Part shown: positions 13,300-25,200 of the stretch, one piece after another | Layout of the letters: the number at the start of each line of letters is the position of its first letter | Numbering within the stretch: the first letter of the stretch is position 1 | Assembly: GCF_037042905.1 (NCBI RefSeq) | Contig: NC_087245.1 | Span: 1,178,001-1,242,000 of the forward strand | Direction: 5' to 3' | Source: Lytechinus pictus | Taxonomy: Eukaryota | Length of the DNA stretch: 64,000 nucleotides | Program-made: the position numbers and the translations under genes | Notes under the pieces: model-generated | What the model saw: only the letters and a program-made list of their open reading frames with translations | Database searches by the model: none | Told to the model about the DNA's origin: nothing

Positions 13300-16200
13300 C
13301 TATATGAAGGGAATATAAAAGGTTGTATGGTAAGTGTAGTAAACATGTTGAGATGGGTCCAGTAGCAGTAGTACAAAGCAAATATGTCCACCTTGCTAGG
13401 TGCTCAAGGCGCTCCTATATTACCCCGGCTAAGCTAGTCTACTGATTCTGGTGCGCACAGCTTTTTGAGGAATTACTTCCTGCCGGTACCCATTTACCTC
13501 ACCTGGGTTGAATGCAGCACAATGTGGGTGAAATTCGTGCTGAAGGAAAACACGCCATGGCTTGGAATCGAACCCACGTCCTTCAGATTGAAAGACGAGT
13601 CTTAAAGATAAATTCCAGTAGTTGCAGTAAACACTGATTTCATGATTTCTGTAAAACCAGGCTTAATTGTCAGTATATCATCGAGGATCTAGATCTGGTA
13701 CAGTTACATAAACTGAACTTTGTGAAATCTTGAAATCTACGCTGAAAAATGTTCAGACTGAACTTCCCCAACACAGATAAGCGCACGTGAGACTGTGTAT
13801 AATTATTGCTTTGAGCGTCGGGCCCGACGCTCTACCCGAATCCTGTGCTTATTTGCTGATTTCTCAGCAATTACACAATTTCTTCCAGAATCCTTTGGCA
13901 CATGCGTTTTATTTATACAAACAGACACTTTGGTGGTCATTTCATTGGATTCTGTACAAACTCATTTTGATATCGTTACCAAAACTAGCATTTACCTTTA
14001 ACCACTAGACCACGATGCCCCCACATAATAATGCTAGCCCTGTGATCCAAAGCGAATCGCATGAGGAATCTTGTACATGGTTATCACTGATAACTTTGCT
14101 CTTAGCCAATAAGAATTACACTACAAGACAATTCATGACACACTCCTCTCATGCTCATGAGTTTCCAAAATATTATGTTGACAGTCCAAATTACAGCTGG
14201 ACGAAAACGCTTAGAAAATCATTTATGCACAAAAGAATTCAAGTAGGTTACATTTTTCTTTGTGAAATTGTTTATAATCAGACACTTCAATTAATTGTTA
14301 AACATCATGTTACAGGAAATAGTAATAATCCAACTGAACAAGTTCAACAAATAGGCTCTAAAACATTTATGTATATTGGACAAAAAATTAAAAACATTCA
14401 CTTTGATGACCATAGTCTTTATACCTCAGTCACATTTGCTCTACGGCGGCCGTACGGCGAGTCGAAAACTGCCGTTTTATTCATTTTTTTTTTTTTACTA
14501 AGTCAATATAAAATTTACAAGTATTTATGAACAAATTAATTTGAGCATAAGAATATAGCTTACCTCCTAAACCAAGATGAAAGCCCACGGCACTGGGAGA
14601 TGGTGAAAAGTTCTTCATGTTGGCTCCAAGCTTGGCCCACTACAATAATACAAATAAAGAGACAAACAAAAAAAATATAGGTATACAGGGAGATACCAAA
14701 GAGTATGGTGTAACAACTGTATAACATGCCTGTCACAAATGAATCAAACAGATTTCACTTCAATTCAATATCCATCCTAATGTAACATTCATAGTTGCAG
14801 AGAAATATCAAAGTTTCTTTGCCTATTTTAGGTAGTTTTACAGATCATTAGTATTAATATCACTCCAAAATTGTTTTCATCAAGGTCTTAAGACTTTACC
14901 ACAGCTATACCAATTTAAAAAGACACCTGTTGCAAAAAGTCTGTAACCCCCTCCCATCTCCACCCACCCCCCCCCCCCCAAGAAAAAAAATGGTAGTGAT
15001 TAAAAGAAACTCATCATTGAAATGATACAGAGAAAAATTCATTATAACAGGCTAAAAAATAAAGATGGCTCGTGGGGCAAACCTAAAAGTGCATGAAAAA
15101 TGCATGATGGGCTTCTTACCAAGATGAAGAGAAGAACAAGAGGAGCCAATACAAGGGCTGTGAAGGCATTAGAGACAATAGATGGAGGGCGCTTCTCAGC
15201 TATACGAAACATATGCTCAATCTCAGGTAACTGTTTGTACTGGCTTCCAGACGGAGAAGATGGCTTGGCGTCAGACTCAGGAAATTTCAAAGACACTACG
15301 GCCTATGGTAAAAGATGAGAAAAAAAGATAATGTGTAATTGACCACTTCGTAGTTACTTCATGGACGATTTTGGTCAAATGACCTTTCATTTCCTTTATT
15401 ATGATAGGCAGATTTCAAAGCAAGATATTACTTAAGCATGCCTTACATAGCAGTATGAAGAAATTGAATAGACCAGGTGACTAGAATAGCACACCAATGA
15501 ACACTCTATGAAGGTATTGTTACATTTCTACATGAATGCAACTGTGAAAATACCAGTCTTTTGTGGACGCATTGTTGTTTTTTGTATATATAAATGAAAA
15601 ACAAATTGCAAAAGAATATATGAATAATCAAGACATCAAGGTTGGTGCTTATCTCATTAAATTTTAAACCACCATGTCACTTTAGTACAAATGACCTTTC
15701 TCTGATCATGCGCAGAGAGGAACTACGAACTGGCTTATTCAAATGAGTATTGAAGGATTCTAGCATTTGGAGCATCCAATCAAATATATTGAAAAAAATC
15801 ATTTCCAATCATATTTTATGTCCACAGTGAAAGGTGTTGTTCACCCTCATCCCCCCAAAAAAGAAGATAGGTCTAGAATTAAACAAGTTTAAAATAACAA
15901 CAACAAAACAAGACAAGTGGAATGCCTCTGGCGGTCTCACCTGCATCACGCGATTCAATGTAGCAGCAGTGCTGACTTTGAAAACTACTATAAAATAATT
16001 ATTCACAAAAAACGCCATTCATATTAATGATACAATACTACATTCATTGATGGTAATTCAACAAATACCCCCAACTTGGCCAAAGTTCATTGACCTTACA
16101 TGACCTTTGACCTTGATCATGTGACCTGAAACTCGCACAGGATGTTCAGTGACACTTGATTACTCTTATGTCCAAGTTTCATGAATCAGATCCATAAACT

Positions 16201-19200
16201 TTCAAAGTTATGATGGTAATTCAATAAATACCCCCAATTTGGCCAAAGTTCATTGATCCTAAATGACCTTTGACCTTGATCATGTGGCCTGAACTCGCAC
16301 AGGATGTTAAGTGATACTTGATTACTCTTATGTCCAAGTTTAATTAATCAGATCCATAAACTTTCAAAGTTATGATGGTAATTCAACATATACCCCCAAC
16401 ATGGTCTAAGTTCATTGACCCTAAATAACTTTGACCTTGGTCATGTGACGTGAAACTCAAGCAGGATGTTCAGTAATACTTGATTAACCTTATGTCCAAG
16501 TTTCATGAACTAGGTCCATATATTTTCTAAGTTATGAAGACATTTAAAAAACTTAACCATAGGTTAAGATTTTGATGTTGATTCCCCCAACATGGTCGAA
16601 GTTCAATGACTCTAAATGACCTTTGACCTTGGTCATGTGACCTGAAACTCAGGCAGGATGTTCAGTAATACTTGATTAGCCTTATGGCCAAGTTTCATGA
16701 ACTAGGTCCATATACTTTCTAAGTTATGCTGTCATTCAAAAAACTTAACCTTAGGTTAAGATTTGGTGTTGACGCTGCCGCCGCCGTCGGAAAAGCGGCG
16801 CCTATAGTCTCACTCTGCTATGTAGGTGAGACAAAAACAGAAACATACCAAGTTCCAGAAGAATGGATTCTGAATGACAGCATCTCCAATGATGAGGTCA
16901 ACAGAGTAGCGACCAGAAAGATCCTTGAAATATTCCTTGCCACTGTCCGCAACATCCAAGGTAAACTTGTAAGCCTTGCCGGAATCTGCCTCCGCAGTAA
17001 AGATGACTTCTTGCTTGGTCTTTACATTTGTGATGCGGACAAAGGTCTGAGAGAAAAATAGGTGAAACTTGATAAACCAGGTGGAATACTGCATAACTAT
17101 TCTGCATGGAGGATCATCATATCCACTCGTTAGCTCTAGTATAAATTGGGGTCTATTGAAAATAAATAACTAAGGAATAACCCAAGGACACCAAACAGAA
17201 TCGTCACAAAGACTTTTATAAAATACACTACACACATGACTGGAGCTGGTATAACAATATCTTACAAAGTTTCAATGGCATATTGATGGATAGTGTACCT
17301 CTTGCTCCCATAAACCCCCTCCAAAAGTTGGAAGTGGTTAGAATGAAGAACAGAAGGATTTTACTTTCCAATGTCATGGAAAAGACATACCCACAATGTC
17401 AGAGTAGTCTCATGGTTACATTGGTTTATTACATTTAAACCTCAATGTGTGGATGAAACCACTTCCGTCTTAAAAATACTTGTAAATGTGTCACAAATGA
17501 GGGTTGGGAAGATAAGCATTAATGAAAAAATGAAAAACCATGAAAAGCCATTGGCTAAGAGACCTAACTTTCACCCACCTCTCGCATGCTACATATAAGA
17601 TGCAACATTCAACATTCATTTTATAAAGCTTATCACCAATAACTAGTTGTATTCTCTTACAGGAACCACATTAACACCCAGAAACCAGTCATTTTCAGCC
17701 AATCAAAACCAGGCATTTCACTCAAATTGTCAGAGCTGACTATTAATTCATTTCTGATAATGAAACATCCCTTAGATTGCAAATGAGAATTCATACCTGA
17801 TGAGCCTCAATGGGTTGTCCAGACTTGTCCTTGAGACTAAACTTGATGACCAGATTCTGATGATGGTCAGCCTCTAGACCCTTCTCAACCTTCTCAGGAT
17901 ACTTGACCCTACAAAAAGAAACAAATGAGTGAATTATTTAAAAGTAACACCACCAATAAAACATCAAAACCTATAAATGGCCAGAGTATAATTCAAAACA
18001 ATGATTTAAATACTTTTTTCTTCTCTCATTTATTTTTTCTCACCTTATATGGAATACAGAAAAAGAATGAAACTATTTAATAGCAACTTCTATGGAAATC
18101 TAAATACCATCGACTGCCGAGTTTTGCAACCATGGTATTTTCAAATTATTGCACAGTTACCAAAAAAGCAAGACAAAGAAAAAATAAAATGCTTCTTAAC
18201 AAAATTATAATGTAATGTTGCAAATGAGAGGGCAACATAATACAGAACATATAATTATTCTCCACCATCATCCTAATGAGCAGTTACTTCACTGACCTCA
18301 TGGTCTTGGCTGTGATTGACTGGTCTTTATCAACCACATTGATCTCTGCAGCTTCAAGGGTGACCTGGGTCGTGACCTTGACAGTGACCTCACCCTCGGC
18401 CAGACCAATAAGGCGAGTGTCTTCCTGGGAGGGCGTGGCATCTAAGGTCACACGGTAGAAGTCAGGTGACAGCTTGGATTCCATCAGGTTTACTTGGTAG
18501 ATAGCTCTAAAATATGTGAAAAATGACAAAACAAGATATGAAATGAAGTGATGGCAGATGGCACAAACAATGTGAATATTGAATGACACATGGGAGTACT
18601 GAATAATGACAACATTTTATCTTGCAACAAGTGATAACTATCATAGCAATGTGTTGAATGTAATAACAAAAACATGGAATTGAAGCAGGTGTATAAAATA
18701 ATTTTTTTTAATGATTTTAATAAATCTGCATTATATTAACCCTATCTTAACTAGGCTCTTACAGACTAACATATACTGGGGGGGGGTCAATTTGACCCCC
18801 CCTCAGATCTCGGCCGTTGACCGCGCGATCGCCGTGAAAATTTGCACACGCATAGAGCCGGATGTAAACTGCAAGACTGTATAGTAAAATTTTCAACAAA
18901 TCAATTGCTTATATTTTTTTATTAATTATGCAAATAAGCATATGAAATTTGTCCTAATTTTGTTTTGTGTATGTAGGGACAGTGATTTTCCGTTTTACCG
19001 GTAAATAAAACGGAAATTCTGTTTGGTTCTTATACTTTTCATGTAAAAGATCATGGAATTCACCTTTGCAAAACTGATCTCACGTTTTTGCTGTGTACAT
19101 TTTCAGTGACAAAACGGAATTTAAATTTTTAGATCAAGTTGAAACGGAATTACAGATTTTCAGAAACGGAAAAGACCATTTTTTGAAACGGAAAATCACT

Positions 19201-22200
19201 GTCTCTATGTATGTTTTTGCCTTTAACTCAATTTATATAGCTAGTAGAATGCTAATTTTTGGCAAACATAGATTTTTACATTTCTAACAAAAATCTACAA
19301 AAAATTGCTGAAAAATAATAAATTTCCTATGTATCTTATTGTTTCTTAAATTCTTATGTATTTCTTTGTTTTTTAAAACCTGTTTTTTATTGTTTTTTTC
19401 GATAAAATTTGTCGGGGACCTTTTGCAATCATAAATAACATAAAATAAATCCTTCTAAACCAACAAAAGTAAAAATAATCATACATTTATAATTTTTGGT
19501 TGAAAAACACAATTTGTATTGACTTTGTACACGTATTCACGTTTTTGAGCAATTTTGGGACCGACATGCGCTTACAAAATATCGCGTAATTTCGGAACCG
19601 CGTACCCGGGCGTTGTGAATTTGGTCTCAGAAGATGCGCAAGACTTGATAGTAAAAAGTCAGAAAGCGGCCCGGTAAAAAAAATTTGCACGGCGGCATAG
19701 CGGCGAAATTTGTCGCCCCAGTTTAATACGGGTTAAACTGTTTAATGACCATATCATTAGAATCCTTTTGGGCAATGACAATGACTTGCAATTGATCCAA
19801 TTAATTTCAACTATGTAAATACCTCAATGTGGAAATAGTTTATACAGGAAAGTACACTAAATCATCTTAGAAATAATGAGCACACTGATTTGTTCAACAA
19901 CGATGCATGCATGACTATACTTTATATTCATAAAGTACTTTGAATGGATATGCATTCTAGGTACTGGCATTACTGGATTTCCATAGTTGTGAATGATCAG
20001 AAAAATCAAAACTTTTTGTAAGGGTGGGCCCACATGACAGAATGAATATATCTTACGGGTCACTGGTGCCAGAAAGGGGAAGGTTGCTAGCAGCGGTGTC
20101 TCCCTCACTTTTAGATTCGACTGAAGTTGCAACAACAATCAGCTTTCCAAGGGTAGAGGAAAGAAGGTTGGATACTCGTACACGAATGCTAGGCTCTGCT
20201 GAGGTGACGGCCATGGGTCCAGCAAGGGAAAATGCTACTGGAATTTGGAACTGAAGAAGAGAGACACATTGTCATTTAGAAGTAAAATATGACAAACTAT
20301 AGAGGGGTAACTTCTCGGGACATACGGCATGCATAATCAAACAAAAGTCCATCCCGCAGAAATGTTGATTTGGATAAAAAGAGAAAATCGAACAAGCATC
20401 ATGCTGTAAATTTCATCAAAATAGAATGTAAAGTACAGACAAAAATTGTGCATTACACTCATGCACTACTTTCATTTCATTTTAATTTAGTTATTTAGTT
20501 CTGAAATAATCATACATGGTGAATATATTGTGTCAAAACAGAAATTGGCAGGTAACTGATGTCACTGTGTATCAGACTATCACTATTTTTTAATTTCTTC
20601 TCCATGCAAGCCAAACCTTGATTTACTAGAAAGCTAAACTCTCAGTAAGCATAAAATCACCTACGATCAATCACTAAGCTTCATATTAGGAGCCTAAAAT
20701 CAACTCACCTTGTTATCTGAGAGGGCTTTGGTCCCACTGAGGACGTAGTATGCATTACGGACGCTCTGTGTTGATTGTCTGCTAACAATGTAATTTCCTA
20801 ATAGCACTACTTGCTCCTAGAAATAAGGAAATAAAATCATTATCAGCAAGGTCATTTCAAGATGGCTAAAAATTTGGGATAATTGATATAAAAAAAATCA
20901 TAAAATCATTATAAGTAAAGTCATTTCAAGATTGGCTAAAAATTTGGGATAATTGATATAAAAAAACATTTAACAATGACAGAACAAAGAAGACACAAAG
21001 CATCTGCAATAATGAAAAACACAAATAATATTAAGTCTTAATAAAAAAAATAAAAAAACAGTTAAGACTGAGTCAGTTGTGATTGTTTGTACAAATACAA
21101 ATTCCTAAGGCAAACTTGCCTCATTTCCTGACAAGGATTATTACAGTAATACTTTGGCTATTTGCTAATTCCCTCTTTGAAAAGAAGGATCTACTTTAAA
21201 CAAAATGCTGTATTAAACATTCCCAATAATAGGATATTTAATGAGCAAAAATGGAAAACAGATCTTTGCTAAATCTGACTACAAATATAAAGTTTACCTC
21301 ACTAATAACTGGTGCTTTATTGACTACTCCAGAAAGTTTATATGCTCCTTCTATGAAAATAGATGTCTGCTGTAATGAGTCAAACTGAAAAGGAAAACAG
21401 AAACATAGAATATAATTAACATCACAATAATCATAACTAAATCCAACTTCAAAACATATTTACTGCACTAATGTTTATGCTTTAAATGTAGAGCTACAAA
21501 CTGACATTCAACAGTGTGGGTTAGGCTATCACCCCCCCCCCCTCCCCACCACCTTTGCTCTCCTATGTAAGTCAAAACTACCTAGGACAGAGCTATCTCT
21601 TCAAAATGTAGTATTATGATATATACTCACTACAAAGATTAATAATTTCTTTCTAGTCTTTACAACATTCACACAAAAAATACTTGCCAACAGATAAAAT
21701 GTTTCTGGGCATTCCCGTTTTTCAACAGAGGTCAAATGATCTTAATATCAAACCAAAATTAGCATTTCGTCTTGTTTGATGAGGGTATATGTACAGTCCG
21801 GCCTCTCTTACCCGGATCTCTCTATTATCGGGAAGCACACTTGCAAATTTTTTTTTTCTTCAATATAGTACGTATGGAAATGAGATTTCAATCTAAGATC
21901 TATAATTCCTATGCAAACTCACTTTGATTACATACATTTTCCAATATAATCTACCTACAACCATATTATTTTTTATGAAGACATCTTGAATAGGATAATT
22001 TTCCAGTAAATCAGGGCACAGCACAACCATTTTATCACGTTCTCTCTCTTTTTTTTTTTTTGGGGGGGGGGGGGAGAAACATCTCGCGTGCTCAGGCCTC
22101 TTGCATTACGGACAACGCCATCTATCATGTTATAGCCTACAGTCAATATAACAATGACCGTCTTTGAGAAGCTGCGATGATCCAATTTTTCAAAGTCAGT

Positions 22201-25200
22201 TTCATTGAGTCATTCTCGTTCTTTTGAGGTAAGCTTGATGTATTCCTCAATCATTTCAGCAGGTAAATTGTCCAAAAGATTTGGCAACCAATCGATTTCA
22301 TTTCCGTAAAAAAAAAATGCCTATGATTTGCACTGACAGCAGTGAAATACTGTCTGTGTGCGCCCACTACTATTACGTGTACCTACCGTTGGGGAGGCAG
22401 CTGCATGTATTTAAGATGGGGTCTCCCAGATCCAGATAAGGGATTTATTGGAGCTAGTTTCAACGTGTCCGGATAAGAGAGGTCGGACTGTATAAACAAA
22501 ATACCCCAATAGGCATATTGGAGGACATTAAACTGGATTCTAAGTTCAATGACTCTAGATCTCGTTAGTGTCCAACAATTTATCATTGAAAAAAAGTAAG
22601 AACAAGCAATTCTTACCTGTAAATATTTTTCTCCTACTTCATCAGCTTGTGCTACAATATCTTCTATAAGATCATGATATTTGTCTACATTGGTTTCATT
22701 TGATAGCATGGATGCCACATGGAGAGCAAGACTGGAACTGCAATAATAAATATATATTCAAAAGAGTTTAAAGAAAATGCCCACTGATAAATAATAATTC
22801 ACACAATACGAAATTGCAATGTAAGACTCTTAGGAGATTAAAAAGCAATATGAACCACGTAGGACCAACATCTCATTCAGAAGAGATGAAAGGATGAGAT
22901 GAATTACATATGATGTATATATGTACATAAGTTACCCCAAGAGACCCAAATACAAGTTACCTTAAAACACTGTCATCTTTCTTCAGTCCAGCATCCAAAG
23001 CCTTTACCACTTCAGCAGAATTAACTAGAGAGAGAAAGACACGAGAAGAAGTAAATGTAGCACTAAAAACAAAGTATTAAGCACTGCATAAATTGAATAT
23101 TATTGTTATCATTATTATGACATAATGATAGAATGACTAGAATGTCCAGAGAGTGAATTTGCCAAACCTTTGTGGACATCAGATTAACTTCTTACCAAAT
23201 CCATGGTGTTTCTAATTTATAGATATTTAATAATTTCCTCTAAGCACTTTATACATATGTGTGACATATTAAAATCAATTTTCATGCACATTTTTTGGTA
23301 TTTTGGAGGTGCTTTGCGAAAAAGTTATTGAGCCAAATCATAAATGGAGGTCAAGCTGTCTAGAATGGAATAAAGATGTGGGAAATAGAGGTAGGTGAAT
23401 AGTGGAGACCAGGATACAAGGATTCTGCATACTTACTGGTGAGGCCAAGAGCAGTCAAGGCTGTGACAGCATAGAAAACTGTTGCTACATCTGAGCTATC
23501 AGTAACAGCAGCATTCAAAACTTGCTGTCCATTGCTCAATGGCACCTACAAGCAAAGTAAAGAAACATTCATGTCTGGTGATATTGAACTACACTAAAAC
23601 AGCTGGTTCAACGAAACGACTCTACACACTCAAGAATGTTTCCCTAACAGTTGTAAATTAAGTAAATTAAACATTGTGCATTTAACATAAATTAGTGCAT
23701 CAGCTAAATCAGGGGCGGATCCTGGATTTTGCAAAAGGGGGGACATTTTTGTACAGGAAAAAAATTGACCAGCAAAAAAAAAGAAAAGACTTTCACTCCC
23801 AAATGGAGGTCATTTTGTTCCAGGAAAAATTTGACAAGCTACATCAATAAAAAGCAGAGACATGTGGAGAGCATATGACTGACATTTTCCAATGATTTAT
23901 TGCCATATGTAATTACCATGTCGACACAGTAAGATTGGCAATGGATATATCAACCAACAAACTGTACGCCTATTCCTATATGCCCACTTATAACTTTGTT
24001 CGACAGGGTATAATTATTTGCATGTTAAGATAAAAGTAATGCACATCTACATGTACAAGTACCTGGCTACACTAAAGTGATGCTCCGGGTTGAAAATATT
24101 TATAGTTAAATAGAGTGAAATTCACAGAGCAAATGCTATAAATTTCATCAAAATCGGATAACAAAGAACAAAGTTATCACATTTTAAAGATTTGCATTAT
24201 TCCGGTGAAACAGTTCTAGACATGTCTTCATGAATATTCATTTTATTAGGTGGGCTGATGTCACATCCCCACTTTCCCTTTTCTTATGTTATTACATGAA
24301 ATCATATCTGTTTCATATTTTCATAAATGTATAAATGATGTGTCTCCATTATTATTATTATGAAATAAGTTGCAGCAAGAAATAACTAATGCACTTAATC
24401 AGTTGCAGTCCTTCACGTTTATAATTTCGTGGAGCTCAATAAATCGCTCTCCTTATTTTTTTGAGGAGCTCAATTGAGCTCCTCAGAATCGCTCTCCGTG
24501 AGGAGCTCAAATCAATTCAATACAATACATGTATGATAAATTGTAGATTTTTCTTAACATTGTATATATGCAATAGCTGTGTTAGCTATTAATTAATCTG
24601 TGGTGAAACTAGGCCTGGGACTGGGTCACGTCAATACGTTTACAAGATGTCGTATGCGCTACTGCTAAAAAAAAAAAAAATTGAAAAAAAAATTGAAAAA
24701 ATAATTGAAAAAAAAATTGGAAAAATTTCACATTTTACATCTTTAAATCCATGAAATGGCCTTCTTTTGCCCTTGTTTTTTCCATAATTCCTCGAAATTA
24801 CTTTGATTTAGTTGAAAACTATCAGAAAAATGAAGAATATTCACCTCTTTCCCGACTCTGATTTGAACTTACCTCGGTAAATATTGTAGTCCCACATGTA
24901 GACTTCCATGGTGTTGCCATGAAAATCTACATATGGGACTACATGGGACTGCAATATTTACCGAGTTTAAATTAAAAATTTATTTTTTTATTTTTTTTTA
25001 AAACTATTTTAGGAGCGCGATTTTTTGCTCTCCTTATTTTTTTCAAGGAGCGCGGTAGGAGCGCCGGCGCGATCGCGCTCCTCAAAAATGAAGGTCTGCA
25101 GTTGTCAATCCAATTGTTTTAGTTCTTTGTAGGAAACTAACCTTGCAGTTGCCTAGTGCTTTGGCACCAGTAGTGGCATGGTAGATGGACTGGATACTGT

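Noticed and set aside
13130..13318. Plus-strand ORF resembling a small secreted peptide (MEGYRIVLLTMLLFLLCDA...)
   Set aside because: Antisense to RPN2 exon 15 with no independent support
13545..14021. tRNA gene
   Set aside because: A and B boxes belong to a SINE head and are separated by a 392-bp insertion
14015..14530. Longest ORF in the track (171 aa)
   Set aside because: No recognisable motif, AT-rich intronic sequence antisense to RPN2, overlapping repeat fragments
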